IMG/VR virus record: IMGVR_UViG_3300045988_072096
Direction: 5' to 3' (one strand)
Length of the DNA: 64,000 nt
From: a virus
A model generated the notes under the pieces. It saw only the letters and a program-made list of their open reading frames with translations, did not search any database and was not told where the DNA came from. Shown here in pieces: positions 1-7,669 of this stretch. Within the stretch, counting starts at the first letter, position 1. Each line of letters begins with the position of its first letter. The translations under genes were made by a program, and so were the position numbers.

Positions 1-215
1 ATTTTTTTTGTTTTTTATTTTTTAAAATTTTTTATTTTACGGGCATATAAAGAGGAAACAAAAGTTTTTTGTAATATGAGTGTAGAAATGAGAAACTGTA
101 ACCAGCGATCCCCCGGACCAAACTTAGTGATGGCAGTACCCCCGGCATGAAACTGAGATCTAAACCAATCTATACGGAAAAGTAAGCTTAATTTGGTTCT
201 AATATATAATTACTT

Positions 216-272
216 CGTAACAAAACCAAATACTGTGATCAATCGGCCATCGGAACGATGACTATACAGTGC
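216..272 (+). promoter_or_regulatory. Copy A of a duplicated ~57-nt upstream element (conserved 32-mer plus triloop hairpin)
   Basis: CGTAACAAAACCAAATACTGTGATCAATCGGC matches 1066-1097 at 29/32 nt. It is followed by hairpin CATCG-GAA-CGATG, where copy B has CGGGC-TTC-GCCCG (same shape, different sequence), then CTATA..GTGC. It lies ~30 nt upstream of ATG 305. Confidence 0.5.
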
Positions 273-304
273 AATAGTGCCTGCATGACTAAAACAACAT
301 TTCT

Positions 305-532
305 ATGAAAACATTATTTTATCTTCGTATTACGACATGGTCGAAAACGAAGGAATCGTATGTAACCGAATACAAAGATTCAGTAACCTACGACCTTGAG
401 TCTAAGGAAGACAGAGCTTCCTTAGCCAAAACTGCTCTCCGCCACCTCATGGAGGGTGCGGAAGTCAAGCTTTATCAACTCGTTGATAGAGCTCAACTTT
501 CGAGCAGTATCAAGGATGACGACCTATTCTAG
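305..532 (+). CDS. Hypothetical small early protein (75 aa); terminates at TAG
   Basis: Intact ATG ORF in the track. Its stop is TAG (530-532). A hairpin plus T-run follows directly. Confidence 0.5.
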   Translation: MKTLFYLRITTWSKTKESYVTEYKDSVTYDLESKEDRASLAKTALRHLMEGAEVKLYQLVDRAQLSSSIKDDDLF

Positions 533-544
533 GTCGCCTATCCG

Positions 545-569
545 GCCCATGCAAATGGGCTTTAGTTTT
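545..569 (+). terminator. Intrinsic terminator-like hairpin
   Basis: GCCCAT-GCAA-ATGGGC stem-loop followed by TTTAGTTTT. Confidence 0.55.
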
Positions 570-688
570 CGTAGAATGATGTGGTCGATAAGCAGAATTG
601 TCCAACTAAAATTACAATATTATGCTGAAAATTAACAAAATGGCGTATTACGCAAAGCTTAGAGTTAATTATATCTCGTATTGGTTTT

Positions 689-952
689 ATGGCATCAACT
701 AATCCAGGATTAGGCGATGCTTTAGTCAATGGAATAGCTGTTGACGTCAAAATCAAAAATCCAGACGCTCTACGGAAATATCTCCGTGGCGAAAAGATCA
801 CCGAGATGAAAGTTTCCATAAAAACATATAGTGGTCTCGAACAGAGTATCAAAATAATGTACTTGGAAAATGACAAAAAATTAACAAGAGAGCTTTATAT
901 AAGCTCTTTAACTTCAGAAGAACAAAGTATGTTCGAGATTGAGTACGTCTAA
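689..952 (+). CDS. Hypothetical protein (87 aa)
   Basis: ATG ORF with a TAA stop, followed by a terminator-like hairpin. Confidence 0.5.
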   Translation: MASTNPGLGDALVNGIAVDVKIKNPDALRKYLRGEKITEMKVSIKTYSGLEQSIKIMYLENDKKLTRELYISSLTSEEQSMFEIEYV

Positions 953-967
953 TGTACTTAACTGGCA

Positions 968-990
968 GCCTGGAAAGACAGGCATTTTCT
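968..990 (+). terminator. Intrinsic terminator-like hairpin
   Basis: GCCTG-GAAAGA-CAGGC followed by ATTTTCT. Confidence 0.5.
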
Positions 991-1065
991 ATTGATCTCA
1001 TAGAATGTTGTTATTATAACATGGGAGCATGAGCATTAGCTTGTGTTCCCTAGCTTTTTCTAATG

Positions 1066-1122
1066 CGTAACAAAACCAAACGCTTTGATCAATCGGCGGG
1101 CTTCGCCCGGTTGCTATAGTGC
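1066..1122 (+). promoter_or_regulatory. Copy B of the duplicated upstream element
   Basis: Matches the 32-mer of copy A at 29/32 nt. It carries the covarying hairpin CGGGC-TTC-GCCCG and lies upstream of gene 1268. Confidence 0.5.
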
Positions 1123-1267
1123 TCTTTTGCCTACAGTAGTCCACCGCCATGATAAGCATATGCTTGAGAGGATGATTTCACTAACTTACCTTTTCTAAGT
1201 ATTTTATGCTTACCACAAGTACAACCGGATATTAATATATAGCGTTTAATCATTAAAATCAAAGGAT

Positions 1268-1984
1268 ATGAACTACAAGAAAATCAATTTCGAGATCGTA
1301 ACCAGAAAAGGTGGCGCAACAATTAAGGGTCAAGAAGGCGAATACGCCAACAAGTATTTGAAATTCGACTGCATCAATCCTATCAACATGGATGAGAGAC
1401 CTCATCGTGTTGTATGCTTTGCAGAAGCTGTAATAAAGTACTACGAAACTCTTCTTCCAGAAAGCAGAGGCGGTAAATTGCCGAACTCTGATGACTGGTC
1501 TGAAGACAAAATGCCTGTAAAGGATCGTATCTTCACTAACGGCGAAGCAGTTGAATATGACTTTGGTGGCCAGTATGTACAAAAGTACAGCCAAGACATC
1601 ATGGACGGCGAAAAGGTTATCCATGCTGCAGGCGACTACGTATGTATGAAGGGAACTAACTCTCCAAAGATCACCTCACGCAAGGTTGTATTCTGTCAGT
1701 ATTATTACGAGACAGAAGCAGTCCTAAACGAATGGGGTCAGCCAGAGATCGATCCAAACACATTCGCAACCAAAGTACGCATTGTCCACGACAAAGACGG
1801 TCTGCCAATCAAGCGTTGGGTTGAAGGCTGGGATCCTGAGACTGTAGGCAGCAACCTAAAGAACGCATTCTACATTCCTATCGCAGAATACGTTAAGGAG
1901 ATGGGTGCTTCTACTCCTAAAGAAACATCTGATGTAGCAAACCAAATTCCCAAAACCCAAGATGCAACAGACGATGATGCCTAA
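1268..1984 (+). CDS. Hypothetical protein (238 aa) with an acidic C-terminus (..DATDDDA)
   Basis: Long clean ORF that is GC-richer than its neighbours. Stop is TAA. A 10-bp hairpin (2018-2054 region) and a hammerhead follow. Confidence 0.8.
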   Translation: MNYKKINFEIVTRKGGATIKGQEGEYANKYLKFDCINPINMDERPHRVVCFAEAVIKYYETLLPESRGGKLPNSDDWSEDKMPVKDRIFTNGEAVEYDFGGQYVQKYSQDIMDGEKVIHAAGDYVCMKGTNSPKITSRKVVFCQYYYETEAVLNEWGQPEIDPNTFATKVRIVHDKDGLPIKRWVEGWDPETVGSNLKNAFYIPIAEYVKEMGASTPKETSDVANQIPKTQDATDDDA

Positions 1985-2088
1985 ACACTAAACCTATGCA
2001 GATAGCGAGAGCATATTGCTTATCGCTACCTGCTTGGTTCCAGTTAAAACGAATGCTATGATTAATAAGCAAAAATAAATATTTAAAA

Positions 2089-2154
2089 ATTCCCTGATGA
2101 GTCTTTGAAAATTAAGACGAAACATTCTCACACGCATTACGAGAGTGTCGGGAT
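2089..2154 (+). ncRNA. Hammerhead ribozyme HH1 (type I, canonical stem II)
   Basis: Core CTGATGA (2094-2100). Stem II is GTCTT/AAGAC. GAAA at 2119-2122. Stem III is ACATTCTC/GAGAGTGT (8 bp, one GU). Cleavage triplet is GTC, with predicted cleavage after C2149. Stem I is ATTCC/GGGAT. Confidence 0.8.
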
Positions 2155-2499
2155 ATCAAATAAGACATCAAATGGTTTTGTAGGCCTTAGGACCCATTAG
2201 TAAAAGACCTTCAGCAACTGTGATACGCTAAACAAATTGGTCATCATGGCACAGCATGGCGAACTATCGCTTAAATAGTAAGTATTTAGAATTGGATGGG
2301 CTCCCTCGACCAATCCAAATATAATAGAGGGTGTATTACTGTGCAAAAATTGTTTGAACAAATTGTTGACATGGTACAAGGTTTGTGAAGAACAATGTAA
2401 TACAAAACATGACTATCCTCAACAGTAGACATGTATTATTAAACTCGAACAATCTATTATTTTTGCAATAGATTGGCGACGTGACCCACGCGTAAAGTG

Positions 2500-2608
2500 G
2501 CGTCATCCAGGAGACGTAAAAATTCACACTGATGAGACTGGACGAAACACAGAGAGAAACTATTAACTCAACTTACCAGTAGTTAATAATGGCTCTGTGT
2601 CTGTGAGT
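2500..2608 (+). ncRNA. Hammerhead ribozyme HH2 (type I, stem II reduced to G-C plus a pseudoknot to an upstream hairpin loop)
   Basis: CTGATGA at 2529-2535 and GAAA at 2544-2547. Stem III is ACACAGAG/CTCTGTGT (perfect 8 bp). Cleavage triplet GTC, cleavage after C2601. Stem I is ATTCACA/TGTGAGT. Loop-II CTGGA (2538-2542) is complementary to TCCAG (2506-2510) in the loop of hairpin CGTC/GACG. Confidence 0.75.
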
Positions 2609-2712
2609 AACAATCACGACAAACACGTTTGCTTCGATTCTTTATGCATTCTTTGTGAAGGAGTTCTTCGGTTTTCTTTAAGTAAAAGAAAATGGAAGTA
2701 ACTCTGACAGAC

Positions 2713-2786
2713 GGACTTATAGCTCAGTTGGTTAGAGCAGCAGACTCATAATCTGAAGGTCGTGGGTTCAATCCCCTCTAGGTCCA
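2713..2786 (+). tRNA. tRNA with CAU anticodon (elongator Met or Ile2-type)
   Basis: Cloverleaf: acceptor GGACTTA/TAGGTCC, D arm GCTC..GAGC, anticodon loop CTCATAA, T loop TTCAATC. There is one mismatch each in the anticodon and T stems. Confidence 0.85.
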
Positions 2787-3011
2787 CTATAAATAACAAC
2801 TAAAACCCTCGCGATAGTATAAGGTAAATCGCTTTATCGATTATGGCAACATTACATTTAGAATTTACTATAGAACTTACTATGGAAAAAGATTACTGCT
2901 TTCATAACAAAATATGGACAAAATTATAGCATAACTGAATTTGAAAATATGATGAACAGTTAATCCGATCCTGGAGAGCGTACATGGGACCTTTCTTAAA
3001 AATAATATTAT

Positions 3012-3227
3012 ATGAGATACATTTATATTTTAGCTTATAAAGATATAAACGGAGATACGACAATATGTAAATTAGATATTAACCTCAATCGAATTATTCG
3101 ATTAGGATGTAGAGAAGCAGATCGTCATCAAGAACGTCGCTATATAATATATAGACAACCGATAACAGATGATGGTGAGATTTCTCTTTACTGCAAAATA
3201 TCTCCATCTACAACACATATCAACTAA
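3012..3227 (+). CDS. Hypothetical small protein (71 aa)
   Basis: ATG ORF with a TAA stop. Confidence 0.45.
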   Translation: MRYIYILAYKDINGDTTICKLDINLNRIIRLGCREADRHQERRYIIYRQPITDDGEISLYCKISPSTTHIN

Positions 3228-3265
3228 AAAATAATACAATTATACAAAGAAGCAGGTTATCTAAA

Positions 3266-3478
3266 ATGAAACGGAAACATCAATTTCATCGCGAAAATTG
3301 TTCCAGCACAATTCGCGAAGCATTTAAGGACATATTCGATAGAACTATAGTCCTAGCTGGAAAACACGCCTTTGAATGGTCTATTATGGTATGTGACCAT
3401 GGCGTAGTTACACGAATAACCTTCTCATGCAGAGAAGATGCTCGTAGGGAGTACACAAGATTGAAAAAATTAAAATAA
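3266..3478 (+). CDS. Hypothetical small protein (70 aa)
   Basis: ATG ORF with a TAA stop. Confidence 0.5.
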   Translation: MKRKHQFHRENCSSTIREAFKDIFDRTIVLAGKHAFEWSIMVCDHGVVTRITFSCREDARREYTRLKKLK

Positions 3479-3562
3479 TTCTTATGTTCCTGCCGTATTG
3501 GCAATTTTATTGTAAAAATCCCATTAGATTACATTCGTTGTGAAACGCATGTAATCATTTAA

Positions 3563-3631
3563 ACTCAGCCGAGGAGAGTATAAAATTGTGACTGACGAGA
3601 CTCGGACGAAATATGCATAACATATCTCACA
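3563..3631 (+). ncRNA. Hammerhead ribozyme HH3 (same pseudoknot architecture as HH2)
   Basis: CTGACGA at 3592-3598 and GAAA at 3608-3611. Stem III is ATATG-CATAA-CATAT. Cleavage triplet ATC, cleavage after C3626. Stem I is TGTGA/TCACA. Loop-II CTCGG (3601-3605) is complementary to CCGAG (3569-3573) in the loop of hairpin ACTC/GAGT. Stem I, the upstream hairpin and the pseudoknot all covary with HH2. Confidence 0.75.
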
Positions 3632-3740
3632 TAATAATAAATGAATTATATTTAATTTTACTCATATTTACCATTTTAGTGCATAATTGATAAATTTTAG
3701 TTGTGCGCACACCTGGTATGTGAATATAGGGTGTGCATTT

Positions 3741-3811
3741 TGGAGTATGGTGTAATGGTAGCACTACAGATTTTGGTTCTGTCAGACCTGGTTCGAGTCC
3801 AGGTACTCCAA
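3741..3811 (+). tRNA. tRNA-Gln (UUG)
   Basis: Clean cloverleaf: acceptor TGGAGTA/TACTCCA (U1-A72, as in bacterial tRNA-Gln), D stem GTGT/GCAC, anticodon stem ACAGA/TCTGT, loop TTTTGGT, T arm CCTGG-TTCGAGT-CCAGG. Confidence 0.9.
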
Positions 3812-3935
3812 CGAAATATTGTAACAGTTTTGCATGTTTTTACGTGAATAATAGTAGCGTATCTTAAAAACATGCTGGAGAGAGATCGAAAGGTCTATTT
3901 TAGCATTAATTAAAGTCCCTGCTAAGGACAATTTT

Positions 3936-4175
3936 ATGTCAAACAATCTTAATTCATTTCAAGGCAAACATGTACAAGGATTCTGTTCAGCTTCAGAATT
4001 AACAGTAGTAATCGATGGCGAAAAACATCAGGTATCTATACAATTTGATAGATTATATCAGGTACACGACGTATGCCCTCGTAGCATAGAGCTACCAACG
4101 AGAACTATTCATCTATTTGATGACTTACACGGTCGTCCAAAAGATACACTTACAGAATACTTTATGCACATCTAA
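3936..4175 (+). CDS. Hypothetical protein (79 aa)
   Basis: ATG ORF with a TAA stop. Confidence 0.5.
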   Translation: MSNNLNSFQGKHVQGFCSASELTVVIDGEKHQVSIQFDRLYQVHDVCPRSIELPTRTIHLFDDLHGRPKDTLTEYFMHI

Positions 4176-4186
4176 TCCATATCAAA

Positions 4187-4696
4187 ATGGGAAAATTATT
4201 AAAATTTATGCCAGCATTCTTGATGTCTATGTACATTATAGGAATGCTAATGATCATCGGTGCACTTGTAGCAATTTGCGCCGGTCCAACCATACTCAAT
4301 GAAGTGTGGCAATTTGTAGTGTTAGGTATAATCCTGACTCTAGGAACTAGTGGTTTTTACAATGATATCTACAAAGATATCTTGAAGAGAACCGGAAAAC
4401 TATATTTATTCCCTGGCGTACGTCGGAATAGATTCTTTGCGAATACTATAATAGCAGTATTATTATTTCTTTTAGCAATTGGGAGTAAAGATACCTCTGA
4501 TACCATCAAAGGTCTTGAATTCAAGTCCAAATGGCAAGCTATAGAAATACAGTATCTTAGAGAGTATCATAATGCTTCTGAAACACTCTTAGACAGCTTA
4601 GGTGTAGATTGCGATCATCCTATGCTTGAGAGTGATGCAGGTTCTGATTACTTAAATGCAAAATTTAACCTTGACGAATATGAAAACGACCGTTAG
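4187..4696 (+). CDS. Membrane protein (169 aa, ~3 hydrophobic segments); stops at TAG with TGA one codon later
   Basis: Hydrophobic stretches FLMSMYIIGMLMIIGALVAICAG, FVVLGIILTLGTSGF and IIAVLLFLLAIG. The stop TAG 4694-4696 is followed by CAT TGA. Confidence 0.65.
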   Translation: MGKLLKFMPAFLMSMYIIGMLMIIGALVAICAGPTILNEVWQFVVLGIILTLGTSGFYNDIYKDILKRTGKLYLFPGVRRNRFFANTIIAVLLFLLAIGSKDTSDTIKGLEFKSKWQAIEIQYLREYHNASETLLDSLGVDCDHPMLESDAGSDYLNAKFNLDEYENDR

Positions 4697-5072
4697 CATT
4701 GACTCTTTTGGTGAACTGTATCTCACTTTTACTATCGAAAAAAGTTATCTTTGTAGTACATCACTTAAGCTATTACAAGAAGCACTTAACGATATACATC
4801 TTAATGCGAAAGCTGTAAGATCAAAAGATTTCCTAGAAGTCATAATCAATTTAGAAAGTACTAGTGCGGATATAGATACACTTAAATTTTTAAGTGAAGC
4901 AATCGTAGCTATTGTATCTGCTGTACATATGTTTGAAACAGCAAAGATAGAGTATCAAAGAAAACTAAACACATTAAAAAACGACTTACGTAATGTATTA
5001 GAAAAAAGTTTGCATGAAGTATCAGAACCAACTACATCCCCCACGGAAGAAAGCAGTTGTAAAGGACAATAA
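4680..5072 (+). CDS. Hypothetical protein (track ORF 4656..5072; the ATG at 4680 gives the typical overlap with the upstream stop)
   Basis: The ATGAAAACGACCGTTAG overlap with the preceding gene favours the internal ATG. Confidence 0.55.
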   Translation: MKTTVSIDSFGELYLTFTIEKSYLCSTSLKLLQEALNDIHLNAKAVRSKDFLEVIINLESTSADIDTLKFLSEAIVAIVSAVHMFETAKIEYQRKLNTLKNDLRNVLEKSLHEVSEPTTSPTEESSCKGQ

Positions 5073-5235
5073 TGGAAATTTGAGGTATAAAATGTACTTC
5101 AAAGTTTCCGGTTGTACAATGCTCTTCACCGAGGGGATTACTCCGAATGCGGCCAAGTGTCTTGAGAAGATTATTGATAGTTTTCTTGGGAGACTTGGCT
5201 TAAAAAAGAATGTGACAGTAATAGTCACAAAATAA
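5014..5235 (+). CDS. Possible small protein (the real start may be ATG ~5092)
   Basis: Track ORF that overlaps the end of 4680..5072. Support is weak. Confidence 0.3.
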   Translation: MKYQNQLHPPRKKAVVKDNNGNLRYKMYFKVSGCTMLFTEGITPNAAKCLEKIIDSFLGRLGLKKNVTVIVTK

Positions 5236-5289
5236 CCTGATTAGCAGCAGGAGGTCTGCTAAAAGTAAAATACCAAAATTATCAAAATT

Positions 5290-5670
5290 ATGGTTAATAA
5301 ACAAGACAATTATGAGAATCCTAGATTTATGCTAGGACTTCTCATAGCACTACTGATTTTATTCTTTAGTGCCGTAAGATGTTGTGCTCAAACCAAGACA
5401 AAAGCACAAATCGACACAATGGTGTGTCATAGCGAATGTATTGACAAATACGTTGAAGCAACAACTTCAAACGGAAAAGTTCATTACTACGCTGTTTACA
5501 ATGACACAAAAAATGACGTATCTGAGCTAATTCCTGTTACTCAGTCAGTCATGTCGTACATTAAACTATGTAACGAAAACAGTATTAAACCATCTCTAGG
5601 TATTAAACTAAGAAATGGCCAAATACAGTCTCTTATAAAGTACAAACCAAGGTATATCCGCAAAAAATGA
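5290..5670 (+). CDS. Signal-anchored or secreted protein (126 aa)
   Basis: N-terminal hydrophobic segment FMLGLLIALLILFFSAV. Confidence 0.6.
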   Translation: MVNKQDNYENPRFMLGLLIALLILFFSAVRCCAQTKTKAQIDTMVCHSECIDKYVEATTSNGKVHYYAVYNDTKNDVSELIPVTQSVMSYIKLCNENSIKPSLGIKLRNGQIQSLIKYKPRYIRKK

Positions 5671-5676
5671 TGCGTT

Positions 5677-6135
5677 ATGAACAAGTATAAAGGAAGACTT
5701 GCCCATCCTATTGGAAAAAATGGACAAACAAAGCCATTATGGGTATATATTACGGACGCTCACTATCCTTATTGTAGTTGCATAATCGCAAAAGGTAAAA
5801 AATACTTACGTAACTACAATGTAACAAACGCACACTTAGTACCAACTAAAAACCTTATTATAGCAGAAACATTCTGCTTAACAGTAAGTAAGCAATTGCT
5901 TGAAAAGTTTAGGGTTGGAACTATAAATACAGCAGACTTTCCATTCGATTTACGATGTGGTAGAATGCTAAAGCGTTTTAGGGACCTTAAGGGTAAACCA
6001 GCAATAATGCGCCTAAACGCGGGAACCGAAGAAATCCTGTGTTTTCCAATTGTCAATATTGACACCCATACGTATATGTATTCACTTGAAACAGTAATAC
6101 GTATTACATTGGATGAATGTATTTGTACTATATAA
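5677..6135 (+). CDS. Hypothetical protein (152 aa)
   Basis: ATG ORF tightly spaced after the previous gene. Confidence 0.6.
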   Translation: MNKYKGRLAHPIGKNGQTKPLWVYITDAHYPYCSCIIAKGKKYLRNYNVTNAHLVPTKNLIIAETFCLTVSKQLLEKFRVGTINTADFPFDLRCGRMLKRFRDLKGKPAIMRLNAGTEEILCFPIVNIDTHTYMYSLETVIRITLDECICTI

Positions 6136-6144
6136 AAAGACAGT

Positions 6145-6333
6145 ATGAAAAAGCCTAGACCTGGACAATTCTTTTCTGTACACGGAAAAGTTTACCGGGT
6201 TATGAAGCGTAAGAATGGATGCGACGGATGTGTATTGAATGAAATATTCCTCTGTCCATCCATTCGCGATATTCGCTACAATACTTTTAACCCGGAATGT
6301 GCCGCAAATGGCATAATATTTGTAAACGTATGA
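6145..6333 (+). CDS. Small Cys-rich protein (62 aa)
   Basis: ATG ORF with six Cys residues. Its TGA overlaps the next ATG (ATGA). Confidence 0.5.
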   Translation: MKKPRPGQFFSVHGKVYRVMKRKNGCDGCVLNEIFLCPSIRDIRYNTFNPECAANGIIFVNV

Positions 6334-6524
6334 CATACAACATGTGTAGATTTTTAATATCGCTATTGGTAGGATTATTTCTATTCCTTGCGATAATTGG
6401 GATAATATTTCTTATCGTAAATCCCTTGCAGTCGTTATTTCTGACTATTATTCTAATAGTACAGTTATTGGCAGCATTCATCTTCTATGTGCTCATTCTA
6501 TGTGAGATACTAGATAATCATTAA
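6330..6524 (+). CDS. Small two-TM membrane protein (track ORF 6297..6524, start moved to the ATGA overlap)
   Basis: Two hydrophobic segments, FLISLLVGLFLFLAIIGIIFLIV and LFLTIILIVQLLAAFIFYVLIL. Confidence 0.55.
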   Translation: MTYNMCRFLISLLVGLFLFLAIIGIIFLIVNPLQSLFLTIILIVQLLAAFIFYVLILCEILDNH

Positions 6525-6546
6525 CAAATTAAAACATTTATCAAAA

Positions 6547-7029
6547 ATGAAACATTCAATTTTGCATTTGGCGATATACACAATCGCCATAGCAATAGCA
6601 TTTGTAATGCTTTTACACGTTACTTCGTGTAATGGTAGCCCTGACAAATCACAAAGGGCATCAGTAGATTCTGTCGTAGTGGCAGAACAGATTGAGGGTA
6701 TTGTAAACCCACAGTTTGACAACGTAAGTGCTGTTCTAACCTATAAGGATGAACTAAGCACAAGTGAATACGAGGATTCAGTATTCAGACAAATGAGTCC
6801 AACAATGGTCTTTAATATTGCAACCGTCGTAATAAATCGCGATGGTTTCGCAACGAAAACCTCGATTGTTAAAGAGTATGAACACGGTAAGCAAATATAT
6901 GACGGTTTGCCGAGAAACATACCCGATTCTCTAACGCATCCAAACCAATTATCTAGTGAGATATCAACAAAAGATACCATGATAAATGGTAAAAAAGTAA
7001 GAATCAAAACAATAAAAGAATATGAATAA
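6547..7029 (+). CDS. Putative lipoprotein or secreted protein (160 aa)
   Basis: Signal-like N-terminus ending ..LLHVTSC-NGS. Preceded by the conserved leader box. Confidence 0.7.
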   Translation: MKHSILHLAIYTIAIAIAFVMLLHVTSCNGSPDKSQRASVDSVVVAEQIEGIVNPQFDNVSAVLTYKDELSTSEYEDSVFRQMSPTMVFNIATVVINRDGFATKTSIVKEYEHGKQIYDGLPRNIPDSLTHPNQLSSEISTKDTMINGKKVRIKTIKEYE

Positions 7030-7498
7030 AAATTTCATCGTACTTTCGTTCAACAGAAACGAAAATGTAGACTCATTTGACCAGTTCTCTGAAAAAGTAT
7101 CAAGGACAATCAATCAAACAGTAAAATCATTGATTGAACGATTTGGTGTAGAAGACGTAACTGTTCATGTCATGGATGAGACAGACCTTATTAAGTTGAG
7201 TGCTCCAGCAATGATTGCAATTGAGAAAAAAGCCAGTGAAATAGTTACGCCAGAAGAACATGCAATAGTGTTCCTCTGCTCGAAATACGTAAAAGACCGC
7301 CAGTTTTTACGCAAAAAGTTCATATCTGATATCCTATCAAAGGAGAAAGAGACAATGAATGCTGTAAAAATACTTGGTAGGTCAGAACTGTCATACGATC
7401 AACTTGTTGACATAGTCGACAAGAAGATGGTAGTAAAATTGGCTTTTACTCGGCCAGTCTATGAGCAAATACAACTTGCATATTCATTCATCTTGTAA
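7022..7498 (+). CDS. Hypothetical protein (158 aa)
   Basis: ATG ORF that overlaps the upstream stop. Confidence 0.65.
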   Translation: MNKNFIVLSFNRNENVDSFDQFSEKVSRTINQTVKSLIERFGVEDVTVHVMDETDLIKLSAPAMIAIEKKASEIVTPEEHAIVFLCSKYVKDRQFLRKKFISDILSKEKETMNAVKILGRSELSYDQLVDIVDKKMVVKLAFTRPVYEQIQLAYSFIL

Positions 7499-7502
7499 CA
7501 CC

Positions 7503-7634
7503 ATGTGTACCAGAGACAAACGGGAAGATCCTAAAAAGATCTATAAACCCAAACACGTTAATGCAAAGCCCTATAAAAGGACAAAAGCAAAAAAAGATTT
7601 CCGTGATTATACGGACGAAGATACAGACTATTAA
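7503..7634 (+). CDS. Possible small basic protein (43 aa; below the track threshold)
   Basis: Hand translation gives MCTRDKREDPKKIYKPKHVNAKPYKRTKAKKDFRDYTDEDTDY with a TAA stop. Confidence 0.3.
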   Translation: MCTRDKREDPKKIYKPKHVNAKPYKRTKAKKDFRDYTDEDTDY

Positions 7635-7669
7635 GTCTAATTTGTTTAATTTTTAAAATCATTATCAAA

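Noticed and set aside
3914-3923. Shared 10-mer AGTCCCTGCT at 3914 and 13582 as a functional repeat
   Set aside because: Hundreds of exact 10-11-mer coincidences are expected by chance in 64 kb, and there is no supporting context.
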